Assembly (NCBI GenBank): GCA_977016875.1 | Contig: CDRNST010000047.1 | Coordinates: forward strand, 1,240,001-1,304,000 | DNA from: Pavona decussata | Lineage: Eukaryota | Length of the DNA stretch: 64,000 nt | Direction of reading: 5' to 3' | Part shown: piece by piece, positions 41,001-53,989 of the stretch | How the letters are laid out: every line of letters begins with the position of its first letter | How positions within the stretch are numbered: the first letter of the stretch is position 1 | Program-made: the position numbers and the translations under genes | The notes under the pieces: generated by a model | The model's database searches: none | Told to the model about the DNA's origin: nothing | The model's input: the letters and a program-made list of their open reading frames with translations, nothing else

Positions 41001-41997
41001 TGGATGGACTACGACGACCTAGCAGCGTGTTTTCGTCCAAGGACAACCAAGAGAGAAATGAAAGACGCAAGAGCAAACAGCATCTAATTTTTCTTTACAA
41101 TACCAATACTTGAACAGCCACACAGGACACGAGAATAATGAGAATTATCAAAGATATAAAGGACAGCGAGGAAAAGCGGCATGTTAATGATGATTTTGAG
41201 TATTATAGCCTTGAGCGAGCACTTGAATGCTTCGCTTGTCACTATACCAGAGCAAACAGGGACGTTGCAAAGCAATACATCTTATTTATTAATTACAAAG
41301 TTTGCAATTGCTCTGTCAAAAGATAGGGACCAGGTACAGCTCGAATACTTGTTAGAGAAATTTGCGACGTGGTCTGTATGTTTGAATAGAGCTGTATGGC
41401 GCTGTCGGAAGTGGTAGTCGTACGTTTAGCCCTTTGTTGTCGTTTCGTGATGCTCAGTGTCACATCAGCTCATTTATCTTCAGTCGCCTTGCTTTGATAT
41501 CTCCATTTCTCAGGCCGTACAAGTGCGTTTTAACCATTTATATAGGGGTCAACCGGGGGTCTTTAAGCGTATTCCCCAGGATGCTCGATGCCAAATTGTC
41601 TCATTCATTTCCACTTTTTTCAGTCGGTAAAAGTAAATTTTAACCACACTCACCTATTGTGAGTTTTCAAGGTAGTTTCCTACGGGTATCATCGACATAT
41701 TAATACAGGGGTCAGTTGGGGGACTTTTACCATATTCCCTGGAGGTATTTTTGATCTATTCCCAGGGTACTTTTTTTCACTATTCTCGCTGTCAATCCAA
41801 TTCCAAGATTATATTTGAGTGAGTTTGGTCAGTCTTTCTTCTGAGCATTCGAGAAAAATTCAATGAACAGACTGGAGACAGTGCCATTGAAGGCTCATGT
41901 CTGATGGTTTTTTTCACTCTCTCTCTCTTGTTTTTAAAATGCAAACATTCCGTGCTCACGTGTCCTCCTGTCTTACGCTGCCATCTTTTATCTGCAG

Positions 41998-42173
41998 ACA
42001 TCATCCTGAAGGTCAGCTGCATGGAGGGAAGGAAGATTCGACGAACAAGAACCACATTCAACCAGTTTCAGTTGGAGACACTTGAGAGAACATTTGCTAG
42101 GACGCATTACCCTGATCTGATGCTACGCGAGCAGCTGGCTGCCTACACCAGTTTGCCTGAATCACGAATCCAG
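41998..42173 (+). CDS. Dmbx: Dmbx-A exon 2 ([59 protein letters not shown])
   Basis: tctgcag| acceptor, CAG|GTCAGT donor; PRD homeodomain with THYPD. Confidence 0.92.
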
Positions 42174-44205
42174 GTCAGTTTGCCATAGAGAAACCGTCCG
42201 CTATAAGCCCCTTAAGCTAAACGTCAGAAAATCTGGGGGAAAAAATTTGGCAGTGAATCACGTCTTTTACCATAAAATATAATACAAACTGGTCGTGAAA
42301 GGTTAATTCTTTCGCAAACAATCTAAGTGAATAATGTGTTGCATTCAGTTTGTTCTACTTGTAAAACGTCTGCTTCCACAACCAATTACCACTGAAAATC
42401 GGGTGCATGTCGTTTTAAGTGGAAAGTCCTGGGCTGCATGAAAAAGTCAAATGCTTAGTATGCGTCCATCTTGTAATTGTTGGAGAGTTCGATGAGGAGC
42501 CTCCCAAGGCCGAGTTCCTCTCTCCACCTCCACCAAGAAAAAAAAAAGAAAAGTGAAAAAAGAAAAGTTCGAAAAGAGTATTATAATGATGGTAATTTGG
42601 AGTTATTAAGAATTTACGCATGTGGAGCTTTTGTAGTGCTATCAGCATTGCTTCACAAAAAAGACCCAACGTAGAAACGTAACTGTAGTTTTGGCTTGTC
42701 GTATATTGTCTAATAAATTATGTCAGAATGGCTTGAGTGTTGCGTCTCATTTCAATCTTTGTCGCGCAGTCATGGATCAACTTAAAATATTTTCAGGTAA
42801 CCACCTTTTTTTTTAAACAGCAATTCAATTATTTCATATAGGACTCCATGAAGGAAAAAGTTTAAATGGTACTAAAGTAATGAAAGTTGATCCATTTTAG
42901 GAAAGATCTCTCAAGGAACAACTTGCAACTGAATTCAGAGAACAGCGATATTCCGTTTGAATAATGTGAATAACGAGAACGTTATTCACATTTCGACAAT
43001 TAAGTGAAGGCTCTTGAATCAAAATTATTTAGGGTACAAATACATTTCGACAATAAATTAAAAATTCTTGTTTTAGTTTAACCATGTTCATAAAAAGCAA
43101 GTATTTGTTAACTGTTTTGACGGGATTTGAGCAAATGCTATTTTTAGGGTCTTTGTGGGAGATACCGGCCAGAGTTCAGGTGTTTTGGTCCAAAAATAGC
43201 TTCATATCGCTTAAGTCGTTTTATTAGCGTCTAAGCGATAACAAAGGGATTTAAAGGATTAACATAATTAAGGAAAATTTACGAACGCACCGAATAATGG
43301 ATATTAGTTTCTTCAACTTGAGGTAAAGAGCAACAGCCTATGAAGAATAAAATCAACATGGTTATCTTAAAAAAGATTACGATCACAATGGCAGTCTATC
43401 AATTGCGTATTGTCTCCCAGGGTAGTATAGAATTGCATTGAGAATGATTAATTTTCAAGTTAAATTAAATATACGAGTTGAAGCTGAAGGAGCGTAGACC
43501 AATTTGAAGGTGTGAACATCCTTAGCAACTCTGTTTACAGTAGCTGTAGCACTGCAAGTGGGCTTAAATGACAAGTTTGTTAATATGTTCAGTCTCCCCA
43601 ATTTTTTTTTCCGTGGGCAACGGAGTACACATTGTCTCTCCCTAAGCTTCTGAGGTGATCAGGCCCAAAAGAATCTGTTTCCAGACCAGATTGCAATGCT
43701 AAAATCCCACCCACAAAAAAACATGTTTAGAAATATCAATTTCTCTCAATGCACAATTGAGGAAATAGTAACTGGACAGGAAATATTGGCTAGTTTAAAA
43801 ATTTTGCCCGCTAAATTTAGACATGATATATACCTCTTTTTAAAAATTTTATATATATCACAGTGCACGTTTGAAAATTATATTGGTTGCGAAATCCTAC
43901 ATAATTAGTAAAGGTTGATTAGTGATATTCATTCGACCAAGCGAGTCACAATAAATCGGTTTAATTCTCCGACGATCTTAAAAATAAAAAGGTCTGGAAT
44001 TTTGGTAATGAGAATATAGGAAATGATCACGACAGAAGCTCAAGACCTGTCATAGACGGAAATGTTGTAATAGGAAGAAAACTCTCCCAACTTCAAAGAA
44101 AGGGATAATTGCTCTCAACCATGGGCGTTTTCAAATGCGTGTAGGTCGCGAAGGTTGAAGCATATTTTATGCTAATTTACTTCCAAAATTGTGCACAATT
44201 TTCAG

Positions 44206-44607
44206 GTTTGGTTCAAGAATCGTCGCGCCAAGTACCGCAAACTGAAAGGATCCCAAGAAACTGAAGGCCGAGAGGCCGAGGAAAGGCACACGGAGACAAA
44301 GAGGACCGAAAGCAATGATGATGAAGCTGATCCAGCAAAAGCAGCAGCGGACGAGGATCCATCCCATCCACCGACAAAAAGACAAAGAACGGAAAGTGAT
44401 TCGGAAGAGCGTATAACAATTCCTGCACCCTTCGCACCACTGAGCTCTGCGTACATTCCGCGGTCATTCCCGTTTGACCCGCGGCTATCTTCAGGTTATG
44501 GTGCCCCATATGTGCCTGACTGGGCGGTGTATTACGACGGTTTAAATTACCGCCCTTGTCCAATGACCATCCAGCAAATGCATTCAAGCATTGGAGTCAT
44601 TCACTGA
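44206..44607 (+). CDS. Dmbx: Dmbx-A exon 3 (VWFKNRRAKYRK, K50, plus acidic and P/Y-rich tail)
   Basis: ttttcag|GTT TGG TTC AAG AAT; open to TGA at 44605-44607. Confidence 0.92.
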   Translation, partial: VWFKNRRAKYRKLKGSQETEGREAEERHTETKRTESNDDEADPAKAAADEDPSHPPTKRQRTESDSEERITIPAPFAPLSSAYIPRSFPFDPRLSSGYGAPYVPDWAVYYDGLNYRPCPMTIQQMHSSIGVIH

Positions 44608-45502
44608 CTTTGAAGGCCTTATCTTACAACATTGTAGATTAAATGCGCATGGTATTATAAATGTCAAATCCAAAGCAAACTAGAGGATACTGTAGAAGTG
44701 CATGCGTGTGTATTAGAATAGACATAGTCCCTCTAATCATCATGGAGCTGCAGATGAGACGAGCAAAAACGGAAAACAGTCCTGTCCTCATACCTCTTCT
44801 TTCCTACAAAATCTTGGGTCGGGTATAGTTCCATCTAGATCATTATTGGTTATTCAAAGTCTTTTCATCACCCTTAAATTAACTCTTTCCCGATTTTTTA
44901 TTACGCAGGATGACAAAACTAAACTTAGCTTCGTACTTGCAAGAGGCAACGCCTTTCTTTAGGCCAACAAAGCAACCTCATTTTCTACTTTTGTAAGATT
45001 CTAAACGTCTTTTCAGACTCAGTTTCGGTCAAAATATACCCATTTTAGCTGAAAGCCATACTTTTTAGCGTATTGTATATGGTGTACAAACCCCTGAGTC
45101 CTCCAAGGAGGTGAGATAGGGGTCCTATCCCCACAGAAACAGGATTAGTTTCTCGCTTGTTGCATGGGTGATTCATAAGAGAGACTACTTGTGCATAGTA
45201 TCAAAAAGGTGACCCGTATGCTAAGTAAATGAGAGTTTTATAGGGTTTAGACTATTAGTTTTCATATTAGAAACAATATATAACAATTCCTCATACTATT
45301 TCCCCATTCAATCTTCAACCGCTAAAAGAAGAAAGTTTCTCATAGAGTCTAGCTGTTTTATGCATTGGGCAGACCTAAGAAAAAGGGCGGCATGCACCAA
45401 GCCCAAACATTTAACCCAAATATGAGCTGTGACTAGAACAAATAACCGAAAGTAGCGCAACCAACTCCTTTCATGTGATACCACGGAATATTAACTACGA
45501 AG

Positions 45503-45915
45503 AATAGACCGTATTCGCTCCATGTGCTAATTACCCATTACAAAACACGTGATAATCTCAGGAGAATCGATCGTTTTTCTTTTTTTTTTTTGCAAGCAGA
45601 GAATGCTTCTTCAGGGTATGTTTGAGACTCAAACATACTCTAAAGAAGAAAGGCCGTGCCCTTCGTATACTTCCCTGATCGTGAAATCAACCTTGCTCCT
45701 TTTAGATTATTTGTTCTGCAATTTTTTAGCTAATTAGATCCTTCACTACAGTATCCGGTACTTTTATTTTGTCCCTGTGGTCCTTGCAAACACAGTTAAT
45801 CACTGTTTTTTACTGAACAGTGTAAATATGACCAATTCCAAAAGAGACTACTCCCTAGAGTACCGTCACATGACTGTCATGGGGCAACAAAGCAACAAAT
45901 TGAATAAGGTCTATT
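45503..45915. mobile_element. MITE with AATAGACC...GGTCTATT termini
   Basis: AATAGACCGTATTC ... GAATAAGGTCTATT inverted termini. Confidence 0.55.
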
Positions 45916-47135
45916 ACATTCTTTAATACATACACTTAAAAACGCATTTGCATGCACGCTCTAGAGAGATACGAAAAAGTAAATTAATTGTAAATACGTT
46001 CAACTCAACCATTATGGCTTTAATTTATAACACTTATGTACAAGTTTAGACTAGTCTTTAAGGAGAAGCTGTCAATAGTTGTATTTCTTATTTATACATG
46101 TTTGTAATATATTAATCTATGCCAGCTTCAGTACCTTTTTCTAAAGTTTATAATATATGTACAATCGATTTTATAAACAACTAAAGAACTCGCTTGAAAG
46201 TTAACGTGATCAGAACTTTTCTTGTTGCAAATTTTTGTACCTTGTCTATTTTCTTCACGCTTCAAAACGTACATGTATAACTTTCAGTTACAGTGACTTT
46301 GAACTGTTCCCAGTATTTTTTCATTATCCCTAAAATAAGAAGATTTTACTGACTGTGATTTTGTTAGAGCTGGAACAGCTGTTATACCCCCTCCAATTCA
46401 GAAGTTAACAACGCCATTGACAGCTTTGTAGTACTCAACTGATCTATAAAACCGTACATATACTATAGGGAAAGCAAGTAGTTTTCAGTTAACAACAACA
46501 ACAACAAATGCTGAGATGATCTAACTCCCTTGGGGGTGTGAGGCCTGTCTCTTTAACCCTTACTCTTCTCAGACTTGCATACCCATTTTCCGACCAAAAC
46601 ATGCTTTGTTAATAACCATGCATTTTTGGTACTGACGCCAGAACGGAAGCCTGCTAGAGCAGACGTCTTTTGCAGCTCTTGTTTCCTGCGCTGACGCAGA
46701 AGAAGGCAATTGTTCCCCAATCGATACCCATTTTCTACTTCAGACCAGAAAAAAGCTCACAAACATACCCATTGGGGGCAATATAGCTTATACTAGTAAT
46801 AGTTATCAAAGATTAAAACGTGCGGTCAACATGACAATTTGTATGTTGAAGAGAGGGGACTTGTGTGGGCGAAATCTTCACGTGAAAATGAGGCCAGCGT
46901 CTTGCATCAAAACGAGGTAAATTTGCGCAACAGAGAAACAAAATGGCCGCCAACCTCGATTTGTCCCGCATGTATTTGCGCAGACAGCCCAACGCAAACA
47001 CAAAATTAGACTTGCGGTCTCCCCGCGATAAGAGATTACACAAGAGGCCATCGAAATACTCCGGTGGCACTGCATACAATCACACAGAACATAAGTAGTA
47101 TTAAAATAACAAAAAGGCTGAAACATAGAGTTACT

Positions 47136-47527
47136 AGGCGAGAGGTAAGATGCAGTAATTAGCTCTTGTGTGTTCCAGAGTAGCTGTAGAGGACAATTCT
47201 GGAAGCATACTTACTTCCGCAGGTTGGGTAGACAAAGCTTTCAGCATTAAAGTTACAGAAACAGATTTAGCCAGGTGCTCTTTCCTTCGTACTCGCAACT
47301 GCTCACGATGCTACTTTCACTGGATTTCAAACACTTTCATTCCACTATTTATTGAAGAGCCCCACAGTGCACGGTTAGTTTCTGCCCCAATTTTCCAAGC
47401 TGATGTCACATCTTTTGAGGTTCTGTTACAAGTTATCCTTGTAGCGCTAGTACTGGCCTCCACGAGGTCTCTTTCCACAGATTGGCTCAGAATGCAGTAT
47501 CTGCTTTGGTAGGTGAGTACTCTCCAT
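47136..47527 (-). mobile_element. RTE-clade LINE 3' fragment (degenerate)
   Basis: The minus strand reads MESTHLPKQILHSEPICGKRPRGGQY*RYKDNL*QNLKRCDISLENW...NRALW.SSI..G...FE...RRK and then PTCGSKYASRIVLYSYSGTH, a decayed C2H2 finger. This is the typical RTE C-terminus. Confidence 0.8.
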
Positions 47528-48313
47528 CCACACAACACGGCTTCACAAGGAGGGTCTCAATACGGGGATACTGAGCTAGCGGCAAGACTTCGTTGCACTT
47601 AAGTGTAGACGTTTGATGTTAAGTATGCTGCGGAGCTTACGTTGGTGAAAATGCCGTCCAGGATCTTAATGTGACGTCTATAGTAAGTTCAGAATTCACA
47701 CCCACATACAGAAGAGATGGAATAAAAATGGTTTTGTGGACTGAGTTATTTTTGTGCTTGGTCTAACATCGTAGCAGTTAAACACTCCTGGTTTCAAGAC
47801 GACCGAAGGCAGCAAACTCGTAAACACTCGTCATTTATTACTTTGTGGGGCTAGAGAAGATTGGATGCGAGAATGCTAGATCTATAAAATGCTGCGTAGA
47901 GCACTTGATTTTGCTCTCAACACTTCTCCTGAATTTGACAACAAAAATCATATCACAGTGCCACGCCCTGAACGGAATCCGCATTGGCTCTCTGGTAAGA
48001 TACACTCTTCAACTTGGTGACGAGACACTTAACGAGAATTTTGGCTAGAATCTTTCGGCCCTCTACAGAGAATAAGGGAATCACAGTATAAGTTGCAATC
48101 TCCCTTTCTTTTATAGATTACAAAATCGTGGCATCTTTAATCATATATTGAAGGCACTAGCCAAGAGACGGGGACGTTCATCAGAAATTTTGAAAGACAC
48201 TCCCAAAGGGTACCAGCATCACCTGTCGTCTTTCGTGTGCATAGCTCGAAAAAGAGGTTGTATGAATGTTTCTGAAGTTGATATTTCTTTTGGCTTCGAT
48301 TCATTACCTTAAA

Positions 48314-48325
48314 ATAATAATAATA

Positions 48326-48366
<41 letters not shown>
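48314..48366. repeat. (AAT)n microsatellite
   Basis: Direct observation. Confidence 0.95.
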
Positions 48367-48706
48367 CTCACTGTGGTTACCATAGGTTCACTGTTCAGTT
48401 TACAACGTCCATTCACTATTCTTCGGACACAGGTAAGATCGTAACAATTAGGATATTGTATTGTCATTGGCATGAAGCAACGAAATTATTTCCCTGGGAA
48501 GGGTGGTTGACATCTATATATCCAGTATCGAGGGGAGAGGGGTTGGGTGGACAATCGTCCGTTCGAGCCAGAAGATTGAACACCCTAAGCGGTACCTGAA
48601 CACCTGAAAAGACACGATGAGCGACCCCGTCACTTTTATCTTGGAGTCCCCTAGGGCAACTTACCCAATTACAAAAAGGCCAAAAGATGACCGCAACGTG
48701 GGAACT

Positions 48707-48955
48707 CTAATTCCGCAAGCGTCTTGCGTGCACTGGTTCTGTCGGCAAGTATTTGGGAATGAAAACAATTTAATCTTGCAAACAGGAGTAAATGCCTTAA
48801 AATAAACTGACTAAATGGCTGCTGATGGATGGTTGTCTGTAACAAGACCGCACAATAAATCGTCCCTTCCTTAAATATGTGCTGCTTCGAAGGATTTGTC
48901 TCTTTTTTTTTAATACCTTAATCCTGTCGTTCTCAAAACTAACTCTTGACAAGTG
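48707..48955 (+). promoter_or_regulatory. Conserved upstream module of Dmbx-B (copy 1 of 3)
   Basis: GAAAACAATTTA(48761)...TGACTAA...GCTGAT...CAATAAATC(48853)...TAATACCTTAATCC(48911-48924)...TTGACAA, in the same order as the copies at 51884 and 59071. Confidence 0.7.
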
Positions 48956-49580
48956 TCCCTAATATCCTTGACGTTTCTGATAACGCCGGGGTCTGAGGTA
49001 ATTTGGAATCTAATGCAACGAAAGATAAACTAGACATATGGACCCTTGGTAGAGTTCATACGCATATAACTCTAGGCATCGTATTTTAAGCTGACTTTAC
49101 AGCTATTATTTAACTCTATGATTAATTTACATTGGTTAGAGGAAATTCCGTTGAGAGCGAGTTAATCATGTGTAATCGATAACGTACTTCATCGAAAAAG
49201 CTATGAAATGTACTTTATCTTAGCCGAATGAAAATATCAGTTAAAGTAAACTGTTTCAATTCTACGTTTATCACAAGTCAAGGTAACTGGATAAACACTA
49301 CCTTGTTTTTATTTTAAAAAGAGCAACCACACACGGTGCCTTCCATGATAAGAGCAGACCGGCCGGCAAAGGCCTTTCTTTATTGGACGGTTTCCGGGTA
49401 CATTTATCACTGTCAGTGCATGCAGCTTAATTACATTCACAGCTGGTCACTCACACCATCACGAAAAGGGCGAGAGCCACCACTGTGGACGAACATTGCA
49501 CATTGACGCAACACGTAAGACTGCTGAACTGATCATTGCAGCTGAGACGCAGTCGGGTTATTTAAAGAGGAGAGGTGTCG

Positions 49581-49710
49581 ATGGAGGCCAACCCGTTTTC
49601 TATTGAAAGCATCCTGAAGAATAGCTCTTCTTCAAATGTCGATGAGGAGAAAGAAAGTACTCCACCATCGAAATCCACTGAGGCGCTGTCACTAGCTGTG
49701 AAACTTGCTG
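49581..49710 (+). CDS. Dmbx: Dmbx-B exon 1 (MEANPFSIESILK...STEALSLAVKLA)
   Basis: eh1 motif FSIESIL, donor GCTG|GTAAGT; homologous to the exons at 37971 and 59870. Not in the ORF track. Confidence 0.85.
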
Positions 49711-51883
49711 GTAAGTTGTAGCTGATCGAGGTACCTCGTTATTTGAGAGGCGTAGTTTAGAAATAAAGTAAAATTTGCGTTTCCACGCTTTCGCTAATAA
49801 AACAATGATTCTTGGAACGAAGTGACATAACGATGAACGAGGGTCACTTTTCCTATCCTTAGACGGCCCGCATCTTAAGGTGGCTTGCAGAGCTTAAGAG
49901 CTTCAATGCACACTACAATTCTCATCAAACATGAACAGAATACGTTCTCTTAGCAGAGTACCACTCGTACTAAGGAACTTTATTAAGTTGCCAAAACGCA
50001 TAATTTCGGGTCAATCATGCCAGTAGTATTTCAGTACAAGCACTAACACGACAACCGCCTACCTGAGTCATTTTAAGAAGAGTAATGTGGAGATCAATTT
50101 AACAAGTACATTGCAAGTTTATTCTATTCTTTCACTGTTTACATCTCGTCGAACCGATCTAGTTAAAATAGCGTAAGTGATAGTAAAGCAGTCAGCCACG
50201 GAGTTAACGTAAACAAGATAACAAGGGGAGAAGAGGTTTTCTTTCCAGTTTGCTATGCTCAAATGTCTCTCGAAATAGCAGGCCCTAGTTTTAAACTTTT
50301 ATTTCGTTATTTACTTTTGACAAGGAAATCAAAATACCCCATTTCAGCACAGGTTTAAACACTTCTACTATCAGAAATTATTGATACAAAGGAAAAAACG
50401 AAGAGAAAAAAATGCTATATTGGGAAAATCTTGTCATTTACGTGACCTTTCACCAATCGTTACTTATCAAATAGCTAAAGGCTTTTCTGCCTGCCAAGCT
50501 GGCGCCAACGAAAGATACAAGATCTTGATAAAAATGTTACCCATACTAGTACTTCCAACAAAAAAGAACTGTTTTTGATAAGTAGCATTGTAAAGAGGAC
50601 AAACAAAAAATGGTCTATCACCTTATACACTGAATTCAACAAAATTGCTAAGAGTGGATTTTAAGTATTAAGATTAATTTACATTGCACTCATTCTTGGT
50701 AATCCACCCGTCAGGTATATTGCACGAAGTGTTGTTTTTATCATCTTTCTTATCAGTGGTTTACTGACCAAAATCCGTCTTTGACAAGTGTGTGACTATT
50801 GTATAAACAAAATTGTTTTTGTTGGGTTGCTTAATGTACCATTTATCCGTCCCTTATTAAAGCATTTTGTTCAAAAGGGTCGAACATCATCGATTTCAGC
50901 AGTATCCCTTGGGCTAAGCTGTCAATTCGGTGTTGACATTAACAGATAAATCACCTTGGTCAGCCTGAAGGGGCACCGAGGCCATACGATGCTGCTGGCC
51001 GCCCAAAATAGGGCCCAAACGTAATACCAAAGGAACAACAGTAACAGTGAAAAAGGCACCAAGAAACTCACCAATTGTGTCAGAGGGGGATCATTGATGA
51101 GCATTTCTCGGTAGACAGTCTGGCAATATGATAATCGTTCCTGTATTCCTAAGCATCAAGTGATAAATCATTAGTAATTAATAAATAACATTGAAAGTGA
51201 TACATATATTACGACTTTGAAATTGCGGATACTTTGGCTCTGAGATGAGGGCCCTGACGAAATGGATTGATAGTGTCTCTCAACCCGAAAACACTGATCA
51301 GAGCTGCTCATGTTCGGAGAAACATGGTCATACCAATCCTAGCTAAATTCACCAGAGAGGAAAATCAAAGTTCTGTTGCAGATCCGTGGCATTAATTGTA
51401 TAAATATGCCTCCATGTAGCGAAGAAAACTGAACAAACCGTTTAATAGTGCTCATATGAGACCTAGCAGGACATTTAATTATGGGTTGTTACGAGTTAGA
51501 AAGGGTCTTATACAGAAAGCTCAAGCCATTGTTGATTAGTGCGATTAGGAGGTAGCCTGGATGTGTTTTTTACTCTATGGCTAGCTGTTCAGTATAAAAT
51601 GTACCTACGTTTACTCTTTCATAAGTATTGTTTATTCGGTATTTTTTTTCTTTGTATCTATCGTAAGGGTGTATCTACTGTAAGCCCTAGTTTTAACAAT
51701 TGAATAAACTATTATCTATTATTATAAAGTAAAATTGGAATAATTTTGACAACAACAAACAAAGAAAATTACTGTTAGGTCACTCATTTTTCATGTTTGC
51801 TTTGTTTTAAGTTGTAAAAGTAAACCCACACATTGTTCTCGATTTATATCATTTTCAGCTACTGCTGCTGTTATGCGATAGCG

Positions 51884-52490
51884 AAATTCCAGGACTGGCT
51901 TCTTTCGATACGTTTTTCAAAATGAAAACAATTTATTCTTGCACGCGCGTGTAAATACCTTGAATTAAAATGACTAACTGTCGGCTGACAGATGAATGGC
52001 TTGCAATAAATCATAATTTCACGGAGGCGCGATGATGGAGGGAATTCCGGGAACTAATGCTTTAATCCTCCGACACTAGAAAAGCTTAGGAGAGATGTTA
52101 AGGCTAAAGCTTGATCCTTGACAAATCTCAGGGAAATGTTATCAAAAAGATTTAAACCCTTGATGGTTCTGATAATGAACTCAAAATATGTAGGAACCTT
52201 ATACACCAGAGCCGTGGATGTTGGCACAAAGGTTAGGTGTCTAACTGCTCGATACGCATTATCACAATCGCTGGCAGGATGGATGCTCGTCTTCCTTAAT
52301 GCATATTTCTAAAACCAAAAATGACAATGGTAAAAAACTCTTCGTGCTTTCCTACTTTGCCTTCCGAGAGGCATACAGTTGAGTGGTTAGGTAAAGGCAT
52401 TACATTAGATCAGGGATTTTGCGGTCGCGATTCTTGAGATTTTATAGAACGACTTTCATTATTTAGGCGGATATTTGTCAATGTCAGCTA
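51884..52490 (+). promoter_or_regulatory. Intronic relic copy of the Dmbx upstream/promoter region (copy 2 of 3)
   Basis: GAAAACAATTTA(51924), CAATAAATCATAA(52004), TAATGCTTTAATCC(52055-52068), TTGACAA, GTTAGGTGTCTAACTGCT(52232) and ATTTGTCAATGTCA(52473) are colinear with 59071-59718. Confidence 0.7.
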
Positions 52491-52688
52491 CGATTTGGCT
52501 TTGATTGGGTTTGCAGCTGCTAAACATGAAACTTGAGAGCTTTCTCGCAAGACTGAGCGGTGGTCTGCCACTCTAATTAGGTTAGTGTCTTGAACCATAA
52601 ACTGGTGGCTTGATACAGTTTAACCTTGACATTCGTACAGGCCGAAACTTTAGACTTTCCCTCCGATCAATCAACCCCCCAAAAGAGT

Positions 52689-52794
52689 TATTTATCTGTT
52701 TAGAGTAATTTTGTCCAAGAAACTACTGCATCAGAGCGAAGCGTTGTCAACTACAAGCGGAACTGAAACGCTTCCACCGTTAAACTAGTAGTAG
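52689..52794 (+). pseudogene. Degenerate (pseudo) Dmbx exon 1
   Basis: Reads LSV*S[+1]ILSKK...TETLP[-]VKLV, compared with FSIESILKK...TEALSLAVKLA. It lies ~765 bp after GAAAACAATTTA, versus 745-820 bp for the live exons. No ATG and no intact donor. Confidence 0.6.
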
Positions 52795-52818
52795 CTCTAA
52801 TGAAACCTATGGTGATTA

Positions 52819-52872
<54 letters not shown>

Positions 52873-52873
<1 letters not shown>

Positions 52874-53874
52874 TTCGTGATGCCGTGAGGCTTCGATATG
52901 ATTGGCCGATACCCGATAATCCGTCAATATGCGTTTGTGGGAGCATGTTTACAGTAGACCACGCGATGATCTGCCAGCGTGGAGGCTTAGTTATTCAGCG
53001 CTACAATGAAATACGCGATCTACAGGCCAAGTTGCTTGACATGGTTTGCTATGATATGCAAGTTGAACCGGCTTTACAACCTATTACAGGCGAAGAGCTT
53101 GCCAGAGGGACTAACCAAGCCCCTGACGCACGCCTTGGCGTCCACTGTAGGGGTTTCTGGGAGAGACAGAGAGCTGCATTTTTCAAAATAAGGGTGTGTC
53201 ATCCCAATGCGGACTCGTATAGAGATCTTAGCCCCAAGCAAATTTACAGGATTCATGAAAATGAAAAGAAGCGAAAATACAACTCTCGCGTCACAGAAAT
53301 AGAGCAAGGCACATTCACCCCACTGCACTGGTGTTTACAACGACGGGAGGGATGGCTGACGAATGCCTGAGATACCACTCAAGATTAGCCGATCTATTAT
53401 CTGCAAAAAAGCAAGAGAGTTACGCCACAACAATTTCATGGGTCAGGGCGAAAGTGCCCTTTGCATTTTTGCGGAACGCGCTCCTATGCCTAAGGCCTAA
53501 GGATCGAGAACCCCGAGAAGGAGGAACTTAGACGTTAAGGACAGGGATCTAGAAATAAAGAAGGGCCAAGCAAGACTTCGCTAGACTGCTATAGATACTT
53601 TATTATGGGTTGATTTATAGAGGCTTCTGAATTTTTCTCATTTTAGTGTATGATTGGTCACATGAATGACTTTTGTTCTTTTTTTAAATTTAATATTATT
53701 GTTTTTTTTAATATTGTGCTTGAAAATAGCTCTGTTGTGCTTCGAGATACTCTTTTTTTAATCACAATTGAATTGTAAATAGTTTTTTTACTAATCTTTT
53801 TTCTACTTTTAACTTGTGGATATCGATTTTCCTTGGAATATTTTAATAAAGTTTTAATATTAAAATAAAAAAAA
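52873..53874 (+). mobile_element. 5'-truncated non-LTR retrotransposon with restriction-like endonuclease (CRE-like), inserted in (ATT)n
   Basis: ORFs 52885-53370 and 53331-53531 (frameshift): CVCG.....DHAMIC zinc knuckle, [41 protein letters not shown]. 3' AATAAA and A-rich tail; (ATT)n on both sides (52819-52871 and 53892-54046). Confidence 0.85.
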
Positions 53875-53989
53875 TGATTATAATTACTATAATTATTATT
53901 ATTATTATTATTATTATCACTCAGGTTTTAATAGAATCAAACTGTATCTAGTAGATTTTATTGTTGTAAATAATAGAGTTATCATTCCA

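Larger units (their letters stand above)
37971..44607 (+). other. Dmbx: Gene model span: Dmbx-A, CDS join(37971..38085,41998..42173,44206..44607), 230 aa
   Basis: Three GT-AG exons with phases 1 and 0 give a 693-nt ORF. The Dmbx motif is completed across intron 1 (ALAERMA|DIIL) and there is a K50 homeodomain. Confidence 0.88.

Noticed and set aside
51330-51380. Possible relic homeobox exon (LNSPERKIKV) in Dmbx-B intron 1
   Set aside because: It is preceded by a stop and has no recognisable helix 1 or YPD similarity; too weak to support.
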